This document shows positions 25,295-36,100 of a DNA stretch of 64,000 nt, one piece after another. The position numbers and the translations under genes are program-made. Below the pieces are notes generated by a model that saw nothing but the letters and a program-made list of their open reading frames with translations, had not been told where the DNA came from and made no database searches. This DNA is from Pseudomonadota bacterium (GTDB taxonomy: Bacteria; Pseudomonadota; Gammaproteobacteria; Steroidobacterales; Woeseiaceae), in NCBI GenBank assembly GCA_022572185.1, contig JACZWL010000001.1:28387-92386 (forward strand), given 5' to 3'. The stretch's first letter is position 1, and each line of letters begins with the position of its first letter.

Positions 25295-27007
25295 TCAGCG
25301 AATGAAACCCATGCTTTCCAGCTTCACTAGCACCCGGTGTGCCGCGAGATCCGGTGAAATCGCGGTCGTATCGATCACCATTTCCGGCGATTCGGGCGCT
25401 TCATAAGGATCGCTGATGCCCGTGAACTCCTTAATGACGCCGGCACGCGCTTTCGCATAGAGACCCTTTCGATCACGATCCTCGCAGACTTCCAGCGGCG
25501 TCGCCACGTGTATTTCGATAAACCCGCCATACGGGCTGATGCTTTCGCGAACCATTCTGCGAGTGTGGGCGTACGGCGCAATCGGCGCACAGATCGCAAT
25601 ACCGCCGTTTTTCGTTATCTCGCTCGCAACGTAACCGATGCGAAGAATATTGAGGTCGCGGTGTTCTTTCGAAAACCCGAGCTCGCTCGACAGATTCTTT
25701 CTGACGATATCACCGTCGAGCAAGCTGACATGCCGTCCGCCGAGTTCCATCAGCTTGGTCATCAACGCATTGGCGATCGTCGATTTGCCCGATCCGGACA
25801 GCCCTGTGAAAAATACGGTGAAGCCTCGCAGGTGGCGCGGCGGATGCGTTTTCCTGAGTTCTTCGACAACATCGGCAAAGGAAAACCAGTCCGGGATATC
25901 AAGGCCTTCCTGCAGGCGCCGGCGTAATTCCGTCCCCGATATATTCAGCACATGATCGTCGTCGGTCGTTTCGTCGATCGGCACGTACTGGGCACGGTTT
26001 TCCGCATAGACCATCAGGCGAAATGGCACCATCGTAATGTCGAGTTCTTCCTCGTACTTCTTCAGAAGTTCCTGTGCATCGTAAGGGCCATAAAAATCCT
26101 TGCCCTTGCTGTCCTTGCCGGGGCCGGCATGATCGCGGCCGACGATCAAATGCGTACAGCCGTAATTCTTGCGAATGATCGCGTGCCACAACGCCTCCCT
26201 GGGGCCGCCCATGCGCATCGCCAGCGGCAACAGACTCAACATGCTGGTCTGCTCAGGATAACGCTTGACGATGTGCTCGTAGCAACGAACGCGCGTGAAA
26301 TGATCGATATCGCCGGGCTTGGTCATGCCGACGACCGGATGAATCAACAGGTTTGCCTCGGCCTCCCTGGCCGCTCTGAGTGTCAGCTCCTGATGCGCCC
26401 GGTGCATCGGGTTGCGTGTCTGGAACGCGACGACCTTGCGCCAGCCAAGCTTGCGAAAGCGCTCGCGGAGTTCAGCAGGACCGTCGCGAAGGTGCTTGAA
26501 ATCGTAGTGAGTCGGCGCTTCGACCCCCAGCAGCCTGCCGCCGACATAAATAGAATTCCCTATATTATTCAAATAGTTAACAGCGGGGTGCGTTTCGTCT
26601 GCCGTACCGAAAACGTTTTTCGCCTCGGCCTTTTTGTCAGGCGTCCAGATATCGCCGACCTGAAGTGTGGCGTTGAGCACGCCTTCCGGATCCCGAAGCG
26701 CGATGTGCTGACCGGATTTCAGGTCGGCCGCAAAGTCCTCGCTGACGTCCAGCGTGATCGGAATCGGCCAGAGCACACCGTTCGCGAGGCGCATTTTCTT
26801 GACGACGGAATCGTAATCGTCCTCGTTCAGAAAGCCTTCGAGCGGCGAGAATGCGCCATTGAGCAGAAGTTCGAGGTCGCAGAACTGACGGGGTGTCAGG
26901 TCCCAGGAAGGATAGTCCTTGGCCTTGGCCTTTTCCTGTTCTGCCTCTTGCGGAGAAAGATAGAGGTTTTTTAGCTCACCGCCATGTGGTTCTTTGAATG
27001 CGCCCAT
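25295..27007 (-). CDS. Bifunctional sulfate adenylyltransferase / adenylylsulfate kinase
   Basis: 570 aa. ATP-sulfurylase motifs ([18 protein letters not shown]) followed by a C-terminal APS-kinase P-loop (GLSGSGKST). Confidence 0.85.
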   Translation of the reverse strand: MGAFKEPHGGELKNLYLSPQEAEQEKAKAKDYPSWDLTPRQFCDLELLLNGAFSPLEGFLNEDDYDSVVKKMRLANGVLWPIPITLDVSEDFAADLKSGQHIALRDPEGVLNATLQVGDIWTPDKKAEAKNVFGTADETHPAVNYLNNIGNSIYVGGRLLGVEAPTHYDFKHLRDGPAELRERFRKLGWRKVVAFQTRNPMHRAHQELTLRAAREAEANLLIHPVVGMTKPGDIDHFTRVRCYEHIVKRYPEQTSMLSLLPLAMRMGGPREALWHAIIRKNYGCTHLIVGRDHAGPGKDSKGKDFYGPYDAQELLKKYEEELDITMVPFRLMVYAENRAQYVPIDETTDDDHVLNISGTELRRRLQEGLDIPDWFSFADVVEELRKTHPPRHLRGFTVFFTGLSGSGKSTIANALMTKLMELGGRHVSLLDGDIVRKNLSSELGFSKEHRDLNILRIGYVASEITKNGGIAICAPIAPYAHTRRMVRESISPYGGFIEIHVATPLEVCEDRDRKGLYAKARAGVIKEFTGISDPYEAPESPEMVIDTTAISPDLAAHRVLVKLESMGFIR

Positions 27008-27149
27008 AATGATTTGTCCAGTAGATTCCAGTAATTCTTAGTGGTAGAAATGGGCGTGCACGGTAGTTGTTGTGTGGTCAACGCGCGTTGACCCGTATCA
27101 CACATTGCATCGTGATCTGGTCGCTCGCGGACGCCGGGAATTTGCTTTC

Positions 27150-27581
27150 CTAGAACGGAATGTCGTCGTCGAAATCGTCCCCGGATGGCTGCACAGCGGC
27201 GCTTGCCGGAGGGGAATCGCTCATGGCCGGCGCGCCGCCGCCCGACCTGCCGCCGAGCATTTGCATTTCATCGGCAACGATCTCGGTCGTATAACGATCG
27301 TTACCGTCTTTGTCCTGCCATTTCCGTGTGCGCAGCTTGCCTTCTATATATACCTGAGAGCCTTTACGCAGATACTCTGCCGCGATCTCGGCCAGCCGCC
27401 CGAACATTGCCACGCGATGCCATTCGGTGCGGTCCTTTTGCTCCCCCGTCTGCTTGTCTTTCCACGATTCGTTGGTCGCAACACGCAAATTGGTCACGGC
27501 TGATCCGCTCGGCATGTACCGGGTCTCGGGATCCTGCCCGAGATTACCGATGATGATTACTTTGTTTACCCCACGGGCCAT
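27150..27581 (-). CDS. ssb: Single-stranded DNA-binding protein
   Basis: [16 protein letters not shown]-terminus and an acidic DDDIPF C-terminal tip. Start taken at the ATG at 27581, not the longer track ORF. Confidence 0.9.
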   Translation of the reverse strand: MARGVNKVIIIGNLGQDPETRYMPSGSAVTNLRVATNESWKDKQTGEQKDRTEWHRVAMFGRLAEIAAEYLRKGSQVYIEGKLRTRKWQDKDGNDRYTTEIVADEMQMLGGRSGGGAPAMSDSPPASAAVQPSGDDFDDDIPF

Positions 27582-27740
27582 AGCTGGTTCCCTGTTATTG
27601 GTGGTGTATTGCTCGATCGTGAGGCCAAACAAAATGCCGGGGCTTTTGCGCGACCGCATGCGCGAGGGGTGCCTATTTTAGGCCCTGCCTCACCAAATAC
27701 CAGCCCGATTTCCGGCTGTTTGACCTGAAATCGCGCTGTT

Positions 27741-28943
27741 TCAGGCCTTTTTCTGCTGCCCCCGCCCGGAACCGCCGAGCTGATGGATAAGCAGCCAGAC
27801 GCCGGCCAGAGCCGCACAGACCATGAATACCCGGGACGGCTGCCCGCCGGCCAAGAATATCCCACCAATCAGACCGCCGGCAAAAGCCCCGAGGAACTGA
27901 GAACTCGAGAAAACACCGAGGGACGCCCCGCGAAGCTCACCGTCTGCCAGGATCGAGAGGCGCGCCGGCAGCCCTGCCTCGAGAAAATTAAAGCCGGCGA
28001 AAAACACCGCCAGGGCGATAAACACAGGTAACACGGCGAAACTACCGAACGCCAGAATCAGCTGCCCGATGAGCAGCAAGCCAATAGCCAGTCCGATCGT
28101 TCCCGCACGGCCGCGCCTGTCATCCACGAGAATCAGCGGAATGGTTCCCGCCAGCGACACGATCAGGGCGCCAACGTAGATTTTCCAATGTTCCGTCAGG
28201 ACAAGATCAAGGCGATTACGGAAGAGGAAAGGCAATGCTACAAAGCTTGCCGTCAGCAGCGCGTGCAATACGAAGATATAGAGATCAAGGCGAAGCAGTT
28301 CGGGACGCAAAACCGCAGCCGGCCGTAAAACTACCGAAGCCTTCGGCTTCTCTATGCCGGCGGGCAAGGCCATCAGCAAGAGGCCCGCTACGAGCGCCAG
28401 AGTGGCGGCGATCCAGAACAGTGAGCGGACCCCGCTTTGCGCGGCAATGATGGGGCCGATAATCAGCGCCAGCAGAAATGACGCGCCTATGCCGATGCCG
28501 AGCACAGCCATCGTGCGCGTCCTGACCTGCTCCCGGGTCGCGTCCGCCATCAAGGCCGTCAAGGTTGCTGAGATGGCGCCAGCCCCTTGCAGGAACCGGC
28601 CCGCAATGACGCCCGCTATGGTGTCGCTCAAGCCCGCGAGAATACTGCCGGCCGCGAACAGCGCCAGACCGAAAATGATGACCGGCAGGCGGCCGATCCG
28701 ATCCGACAGCAAACCGAAGGGGATCTGCAGGGATGCCTGCGTGAGTCCGTATCCGCCGACGGCCAGGCCGACCAGGATCGGTGTCGCCCCCGTGAGATCT
28801 GCTGCGAAGAGGGACAACACCGGCAACAGCGCGAACAGACCGAACATGCGGCACATCGCGACCAGCGCAATAACGGCGACTGCGCGTCGCTCTTTCGGCA
28901 GCATTGCATGAAAAACAGCGCTGTATTCGTTGCTTGTTGTCAT
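27741..28943 (-). CDS. MFS transporter
   Basis: 400 aa with about 12 TM helices. Lies between uvrA and ssb, the arrangement known from Pseudomonas. Confidence 0.8.
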   Translation of the reverse strand: MTTSNEYSAVFHAMLPKERRAVAVIALVAMCRMFGLFALLPVLSLFAADLTGATPILVGLAVGGYGLTQASLQIPFGLLSDRIGRLPVIIFGLALFAAGSILAGLSDTIAGVIAGRFLQGAGAISATLTALMADATREQVRTRTMAVLGIGIGASFLLALIIGPIIAAQSGVRSLFWIAATLALVAGLLLMALPAGIEKPKASVVLRPAAVLRPELLRLDLYIFVLHALLTASFVALPFLFRNRLDLVLTEHWKIYVGALIVSLAGTIPLILVDDRRGRAGTIGLAIGLLLIGQLILAFGSFAVLPVFIALAVFFAGFNFLEAGLPARLSILADGELRGASLGVFSSSQFLGAFAGGLIGGIFLAGGQPSRVFMVCAALAGVWLLIHQLGGSGRGQQKKA

Positions 28944-29023
28944 GTAGACGTCACGTGCCTTTGCGCCCGACCGACGCGGCGGCGTATATTAGCAGGTTGT
29001 TCGGCGTTCACTGCAGAACCTTC

Positions 29024-31876
29024 ATGAAATCCATAGACATTCGCGGCGCGAGAACGCACAACCTCAAGAACCTGGACTTGAGCCTGCCGCGCGACAAGCT
29101 GATCGTTTTTACCGGCCTGTCCGGATCCGGCAAGTCGTCGCTCGCGTTTGACACAATTTACGCCGAGGGGCAGCGGCGCTATGTCGAGTCTTTATCGGCA
29201 TACGCCAGACAGTTCCTTTCGATAATGGAGAAACCGGACGTCGATCATATCGACGGATTGTCGCCAGCTATTTCGATCGTACAAAAGTCCACTTCGCACA
29301 ACCCGCGCTCGACCGTTGGCACGGTTACAGAGATTTACGATTACCTGCGTCTGCTGTATGCGCGCGCCGGTACTCCGCGTTGTCCGGATCACGGCGTGAC
29401 ACTCGAGGCGCAGACTGTCAGCCAGATGGTCGACCAGGTGCTCGCGCTTGCCGACGGTATACGCCTGATGCTGCTGGCACCGGTGGTCGCGAATCGGAAA
29501 GGCGAACACGTGCAACTTATGCAGGACCTGAAGGCGCAGGGGTTCATTCGTGCACGCATTAACGGCGAAGTCTATGAACTCGACGATCCGCCAAAACTGG
29601 ACCTGCGGCGCAAGCACAACATCGACGTTGTTGTCGACAGGTTCAAAGTTAAAGCCGACGCAGGGCTCCGGCTCGCAGAATCTTTCGAGACCGCATTGCG
29701 CCTGGCAGACGGTGTCGCCCGGATCGCCTGGATCGAACAGGGAAACGATGAGGAGCTGGTATTCTCCGACCGGTTTGCCTGCAACATATGCGGATACAGC
29801 CTGACCGAACTGGAACCGCGTCTTTTCTCATTCAATAATCCGAGCGGCGCGTGCCCCACGTGTGATGGTCTCGGCGTAAAACAGTTCTTCGACCCGGACC
29901 GGGTGGTAGTGAATTCCGATTTGTCGCTTGCCGGCGGCGCCATTCGCGGATGGGACCGCAAGACGACCTACTACTTTCAGATGATCCAGAGTCTTGCCGC
30001 TCATTACGATTTCGATATCGAGACGCCTTTTTGCGAATTGCCGGATAACATTCGTCAGGTCGTGCTTTTCGGCAGCGGCAAAGAGAAGATCGAGTTTCAT
30101 TATGCCAATTCGCGCGGCATGCAGATCCGGCAACAGCACCGCTTCGAAGGGGTTATCCCTAACCTGGACCGCCGCTACCGCGAGACCGAGTCGGGCGCCG
30201 TCCGCGAGGAGCTCGCGCGCTTCCTGAACAGCCAGCCCTGTCCCGAGTGTGGCGGAACGCGGCTGAATCGGTCGGCCCGCAATGTCTTCATCACGGACCT
30301 GGCACTCCCCGAAATCAGTGCCATGTCGGTCGGCCGTGCCAGGGCGTTTTTCGAAAAGATGAAGCTCGAGGGCTGGCGCGCAACGATTGCCGACAGGATC
30401 GTCAAGGAGATCAGCGAACGGCTTGGATTCCTAAGCGACGTCGGCCTCGATTATCTTTCGATCGATCGAAGTGCTGAAACGCTTTCCGGCGGCGAAGCGC
30501 AACGCATCAGGCTGGCAAGTCAGATCGGCTCCGGTCTCGTCGGCGTCATGTACATCCTTGACGAACCCTCCATCGGCCTGCACCAGCGCGATAACAAGCG
30601 GCTCCTGGGCACCCTCCTGCATCTGCGGGACATCGGTAACACCGTTATCGTCGTCGAGCATGACGAGGAAGCCATCATGGCCGCCGATCACGTTGTCGAC
30701 CTTGGCCCGGGAGCCGGCGTGCACGGTGGACAGATCGTCGCCGAGGGTCCTCCGGCGACGATCCTGGAGAACGCGCAATCGTTGACCGGCCAGTATCTCT
30801 CGGGGCGACGCAGTATCGCCGTACCGGAAAACCGTGTTGCACCGGACAGGAAGCGGCAATTGTCGATTTGCGGCGCGCGCGGCAATAACCTCAAGTCTAT
30901 CGATGCTGAAATACCGATCGGCCTGATGACCTGCGTTACCGGCGTATCAGGCTCCGGCAAGTCGACACTCGTTAACGATACGTTATACAAAGCCGCCGCA
31001 GAGCACATTAACCGCGCGAGCCGCAATCCGGCACCTCATGATGAGATTGCCGGCCTTGAATTTATCGATCGCGTCATCGACATCAGTCAAAGCCCGATCG
31101 GACGAACGCCGCGTTCGAACCCGGCAACTTACAGCGGTTTGTTCACACCGATACGCGAACTCTTCGCCGGTACTCAGGAAGCCCGGTCGCGCGGCTACAT
31201 GCCGGGGCGATTCAGTTTTAACGTCAAGGGCGGTCGATGCGAAGCCTGTCAAGGCGACGGCGTCATCAAAGTCGAAATGCACTTCCTGCCCGACATATAC
31301 GTACCCTGTGATGTTTGCCGCAGCAAGCGATACAACCGGGAGACACTGGAGATTCGTTACAAGGGCCGCAATATCCATGAAGTGCTCGACATGACTGTTG
31401 AAGATGCTTGCGAGTTTTTCCGTAACGTACCCGTCGTCGCGAAAAAATTGCACACGCTAATGGACGTCGGCCTGTCGTATGTGAAGCTCGGCCAGAACGC
31501 GACCACCCTGTCCGGTGGTGAAGCCCAGCGCGTTAAACTTGCGAAGGAACTGTCAAAGCGGGATACGGGCAGCACGCTCTATATTCTCGACGAACCGACC
31601 ACCGGACTGCACTTTCACGACATCGAACACCTGCTTGCAGTTCTGCACCGCCTTCGCGACAAGGGGAACACGGTCGTTGTCATCGAGCACAATCTCGACG
31701 TCATCAAGACGGCCGACTGGATTATCGATCTTGGGCCGGAAGGCGGCGATGGCGGCGGTGAAATTATTGCCACCGGAACACCGGAGGACGTCGCGGCAAA
31801 TGATGCATCATTCACTGGTCAGTACCTCAAGCGCAAGCTTGCCACCGCAGACAACAGACAACGCGATCGGGCCTGA
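29024..31876 (+). CDS. uvrA: Excinuclease ABC subunit A
   Basis: Two ABC ATPase modules and zinc fingers. The family N-terminus [16 protein letters not shown] begins at the ATG at 29024; the track ORF starts at 28904. Confidence 0.95.
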   Translation: MKSIDIRGARTHNLKNLDLSLPRDKLIVFTGLSGSGKSSLAFDTIYAEGQRRYVESLSAYARQFLSIMEKPDVDHIDGLSPAISIVQKSTSHNPRSTVGTVTEIYDYLRLLYARAGTPRCPDHGVTLEAQTVSQMVDQVLALADGIRLMLLAPVVANRKGEHVQLMQDLKAQGFIRARINGEVYELDDPPKLDLRRKHNIDVVVDRFKVKADAGLRLAESFETALRLADGVARIAWIEQGNDEELVFSDRFACNICGYSLTELEPRLFSFNNPSGACPTCDGLGVKQFFDPDRVVVNSDLSLAGGAIRGWDRKTTYYFQMIQSLAAHYDFDIETPFCELPDNIRQVVLFGSGKEKIEFHYANSRGMQIRQQHRFEGVIPNLDRRYRETESGAVREELARFLNSQPCPECGGTRLNRSARNVFITDLALPEISAMSVGRARAFFEKMKLEGWRATIADRIVKEISERLGFLSDVGLDYLSIDRSAETLSGGEAQRIRLASQIGSGLVGVMYILDEPSIGLHQRDNKRLLGTLLHLRDIGNTVIVVEHDEEAIMAADHVVDLGPGAGVHGGQIVAEGPPATILENAQSLTGQYLSGRRSIAVPENRVAPDRKRQLSICGARGNNLKSIDAEIPIGLMTCVTGVSGSGKSTLVNDTLYKAAAEHINRASRNPAPHDEIAGLEFIDRVIDISQSPIGRTPRSNPATYSGLFTPIRELFAGTQEARSRGYMPGRFSFNVKGGRCEACQGDGVIKVEMHFLPDIYVPCDVCRSKRYNRETLEIRYKGRNIHEVLDMTVEDACEFFRNVPVVAKKLHTLMDVGLSYVKLGQNATTLSGGEAQRVKLAKELSKRDTGSTLYILDEPTTGLHFHDIEHLLAVLHRLRDKGNTVVVIEHNLDVIKTADWIIDLGPEGGDGGGEIIATGTPEDVAANDASFTGQYLKRKLATADNRQRDRA

Positions 31877-31895
31877 AGGGCCCCTGCGGCGGTTC

Positions 31896-32450
31896 TTAGA
31901 GCTTCCCTTTGTCGTGAGCAACCATCGTGCGATTGAAACTGTACAGCATCGCTACCCGGTTTCGCGGCTCGAGCCCCGCCTCGACCTCTTCGTGAATCAG
32001 TTCGCGCAGACCACCGCTTGCATCTTCATAATCGAGTTGAACGAAGCCGTGTCTTGCGTAGAAAGGCGCATTCCACTGCAAGTGTCGAAACGTAATCAAA
32101 GTGATACCCGGGAATCCGGCAGCCCTTGCCCAGCTAATAACGGCGTCCAGCAGCTGACTGCCGATCCCCTGCCGGCCGTGCTCCGGATGAACGCCCATTT
32201 CCTCGAGATGCGCGTAAACATCGACGCTGCGGGCCAGAGCAAACCCGACCGCATTTTTCTTTTCGTCTAACGCGATCCATAAACGCTGGGCACGCTGTGC
32301 CTCGATCAGGGTCTCTGTGTCGGTAATGAGAAAACGCAGTTCGGGCGGCAGGTCGGCTTCGGTGAACATTGCGGCGGCCGCCTGTTCAATGGCGGGTATT
32401 GCCCGCAGGTGGTACTCCGCTGCGAGTTCGATCGTGTAATGCTGCCGCAT
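31896..32450 (-). CDS. GNAT-family N-acetyltransferase
   Basis: 184 aa with acetyl-CoA motif A (HPEHGRQGIGSQLL). Last gene of the giant-protein operon. Confidence 0.7.
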   Translation of the reverse strand: MRQHYTIELAAEYHLRAIPAIEQAAAAMFTEADLPPELRFLITDTETLIEAQRAQRLWIALDEKKNAVGFALARSVDVYAHLEEMGVHPEHGRQGIGSQLLDAVISWARAAGFPGITLITFRHLQWNAPFYARHGFVQLDYEDASGGLRELIHEEVEAGLEPRNRVAMLYSFNRTMVAHDKGKL

Positions 32451-32471
32451 CGGCTTGGTCGAGCAATGCGA

Positions 32472-33104
32472 TCAGGACGACGAATCTATAAAGCCGTCAG
32501 CTTCGAGCTGGCGGTCATGGATACGACCGAGAAACGCCAGTGCGATGACTGCCCCAAACAGCGCATAAGCCATGTCGGACTGCGTATCCCAGACGTATCC
32601 CTGCGTTCCCAGGAACGCCTCAGCTGCATCTTCTGATGTCAGGGCAACGATCCATTCAATTAACTCATACAGGGCGCTAAAGCCCAGGCAAAAGCTGACA
32701 ATGAAAAAATCTCGCCATCCAGCATAGTTGAATACGCGATGACGCACGACGATTTCTCGCGCAATCATGGCCGGCACGAATCCTTGCACGAAGTGCCCGA
32801 GTTTGTCGAAATTATTCCTCTCGAGGTCAAATGTTTCGCGCAACCAGTCGAACAGCGGCACCTCGGCGTAGGTATAGTGGCCGCCGATCATCAGGATAAG
32901 GCAGTGGATGAGAATCAGGACATAGACCATCCTGGTCAGTCGAAACAGGCTGCGCGTGTACCAAAGAATCGCAGCACCCAGAAGCGCGGGGAAGACCTCG
33001 AGAAACCAGGTCGCATAGTCCTTCGGGCCGATTCCCGACCAGAGCAGCACAATCAGGAATATGGCTATCCAGGCATATTGCCTGGCTGGCGATATGGCAT
33101 TCAT
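32472..33104 (-). CDS. DUF2238 (YjdF-like) inner-membrane protein
   Basis: 210 aa, multi-TM, with GGHYTYAEVP and LGHFVQGFVPA segments typical of YjdF-like proteins. Its ATG directly follows the upstream stop (TAAATG). Confidence 0.7.
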   Translation of the reverse strand: MNAISPARQYAWIAIFLIVLLWSGIGPKDYATWFLEVFPALLGAAILWYTRSLFRLTRMVYVLILIHCLILMIGGHYTYAEVPLFDWLRETFDLERNNFDKLGHFVQGFVPAMIAREIVVRHRVFNYAGWRDFFIVSFCLGFSALYELIEWIVALTSEDAAEAFLGTQGYVWDTQSDMAYALFGAVIALAFLGRIHDRQLEADGFIDSSS

Positions 33105-36100
33105 TTACGGCTCCTTGTGCGCAGATCCGGACAAGTCGAGACCTCGTCTTGGTCGCCACAGGCCCTGACTGACGAAACACTCCCATACCCAGGGAAGCCA
33201 TCTCAGCAGGGCGAAACTAAGCCAAAGGGCCCAGGCCAGTAAAAGAACCTTGTAGGTCCACATTGGCAGTGAAAAAACAGACGCAGCAGGTAATACGGTA
33301 TCGCTCCTGTCTGCAAACCAGCGAAGTGTATTGCCGGCAGATCCATTTCCGGCAATGTGCATGTCCGGTGTGCCGAGCAGGCCGCCTGGCAAACTGACTA
33401 CGATCGATGCAAGTGCAATCACTGAGACCATTGCAAAAATCACTTGCAGTAAATTGAACTGCCACCATGGAACATCAGGTTTCCAGTTGCGGCGTGCGCC
33501 AGTTGCCAGTAGCCAGACAACGACCACGGCCAGCACGGACCAGGAAAAAGTACTGAAGCCCAGCCCGAGGAGGACCCAATGGCGCGTGTTCAATGGCGTC
33601 ACTTTTATGCGACCCAGAATCAGGGCAAAGAGAACCAGCGCTGCCAGTTCAGACCAGTACATGACGGCGGGACCAAGCCTCGGGCCGCTGGTCGCGAGCA
33701 CCCATCGATTGGGTGGCAGTTCAATGGAAAGGTTGATATTGCTGGCTGCCGCAGCAAGATCGAGATCGCGGACAGTCTCACGAGAAGCCATTTGCCTTTG
33801 ATTCCGCCAGGCTATGTTCACTCTATGCTCGCCTGGCAGAATCGGAATGCTCAGTTCTCCCGATTCGGCGCGCAGCGGTTCGGTTTTTCCGTCGATTGAC
33901 ACGGAGCTTATCTCCGCACCGTCAGGCAATCGAATGACGTGCTGCGAGCCCCTCGTGCTACGGTAGGCAAGATTCAGATTCACCGTACGGGACCGCTCAC
34001 CAACGCTTGTTTGCATATGGACGGCATCAAATGCCAGCGTTGTACCGAGACTCGCTTCGGGGCGGCCTGCGACGAGCGTGAGGGTCTCGCCTGCCCGCGG
34101 ATAGAATTCCGCCACACGGATATCTCCGTCATCGTATGCTGATTCGCTCTCCGGAACGCCGCTGAAGTTTGTATGCCAGATGCTGCCAACCGCGAATCGC
34201 CACACTTCCTTCCACGGGCCGTCTGCTCGCGCCTTTAGCGTCAGTGGTGAATGCCTCGGCAGCATTGACCGCCAACTCACTGCGTTCTGGCCGGGGTTCA
34301 TCGTCACGAGCACTTCATCGTCAGTGACTGTGAAATCCTCACTGGTAATGGACTCGCCCTCAAGCAAGGGAACCTGCAAGGTCAATGCGCCCTGTTGCGG
34401 CGCGACCCGCACGACAGTCGTCGTCACCCACCAGTCGAGATCCATGCCTATCTCTCGTTCAATGCGCACGAATACCGGAAAACGACTACTTTCCCAGCGC
34501 GTCGTCGAATCGCCTTCACCCTGCTGTTGCAGTCGCGTCAGTTGCAATGATCCGGACAACAGTCGTCGATCCTGAATGCCCGCAATGAACCACGCGTCGG
34601 ACTCGGCACGAATGACCCGCGGCGGCGCCGGAAACGGCAGCTCGAGACTGTCCACCGGGGGGATCGGACCCCTGAGTGTCAATTGGTGGCGCCCTTCGGT
34701 GACTCGGATCCAAAGAACGTTATCGCTGTGCAGGAAGACCTGCGTAGCCGCTGCGCGATTGAGCAGTATCTGCTCCGGCCTCCAGCCCTGTAATGAGCCT
34801 GGCAACGGCACCGCAACCTCTTCCAGGGCGTGCAGCTCGAGCCTGACTGTCAGCACGTCGGCGTCAACAACAACGGACGCATCGACGATCTCTGCACAAT
34901 TCGGCGTACAAGGCGGTGCCGCAAGCAGGCGCTTTTCAAGTTCTACGAGAATGGCTGATGACGGCGTGTCGGCATTTGCCGTCGGACTTGCGGTCAGTGC
35001 CGCAACCACCAGCAAGAACCCAGGTAAGGCGCTGGCCGTTGTGCCGGACGTCTTTGCAATGCCGCCCGGCCACTGCCAGCGGCGATTCAATATTTCGAAC
35101 GCGAACACGGCGGCGAATGCGCCCAGCAACAGCACTGCGGCGAATCGAACGCCGCTGACGAGCCAGCGTGGCATGACGAAGAGGCGCAGCGTTCTTTCGG
35201 CATCGACGGGGCCGCTCCAGGTCAGCCGGTAATTGTTCCAGCGCCATGAAGGCCTTCCCGGACCTGCCTGCACGATGGCATTCGGTGCATAGCGTGCGTA
35301 GCTTCTTGCTTGCGCCCTTTTCCGGGCCACGATTAAGGTATCCCCTGCCCCGCCCAGTTCAAGTAAGCCAGGCTCAGGGCGCTTGCGGGCGTCAGACGTA
35401 AAATCCTGATCCTCAGCTGCGATACTAGACAATGCTGCTGCCCTGTCGGCCGGGCTTGCCGGGCCGAATACGTCAAATGTACGGGCAACCTGGGATTCGA
35501 GCTGCGGGTATATGGCAATGCGCAGCTGGCCGGTCACAAAGGGCACGAGAAAAACGATCAGCAAGGCAAAACTGAACCCTCTGTACAGCTTGAGGTAACG
35601 CATCAACCGGCCTGCCGGCGCCACCCGCAGCAGCGCGATGGCAGCCAGCATATTGAGCCAGGTCCATTCAGGCGCGCCAAACTCGTGCAAGCTCAAGGTC
35701 AACGCGAAAAACGCAACGGCGCCGGTTGCTCGGCCGAATAAGCGCGCGGCAGCAATTGTGATGATCAACACCAGAAAGAAGTCCAGCAGCTTCCAACGAT
35801 CGACCCAGCTGCCAGGCGAACGGTCAGCGCCGACGGCGGCGATCAGCTTGTGTCCGGGAGGCAGGCTGAGATTGGTACTGACCCGATTGAAAGTTGTCTG
35901 CCAACCGCTCACCGGCATTTTGCCGCGTGTCTCAGACCGTCCAAGCGCATGCAGATCAACGTTGGCCTGCCGCAACTCGACACCAGCCAGTCCTTCTCCG
36001 TCACCCCTGGTCACCAGGAGGTTTTCGCCCGCTTCCGCGGCACTGAGCAGTTCATAGGGCACCGCCATATCGAGGCGCCACCCGCTGCGCATCTTGCCGC

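Noticed and set aside
25952-26974. 340-aa plus-strand ORF
   Set aside because: It lies entirely antisense to the well-supported sat/cysC gene. Its Arg/Ala-rich, low-complexity translation is typical of antisense frames in GC-rich DNA. The same reasoning applies to 24357-25232 (antisense to miaB), 51588-52529 (antisense to the aminotransferase), and 60317-60958 and 61061-61711 (antisense to pepQ).
28944-29023. LexA/SOS box between uvrA and the MFS gene (and upstream of ssb, 27582-27740)
   Set aside because: I looked for CTGT-N8-ACAG and found only partial matches (for example CTGTATTCGTTGCTTG). The support is not sufficient.
31515-32270. 251-aa plus-strand ORF
   Set aside because: It is out of frame within the 3' end of uvrA and then antisense to the GNAT gene.
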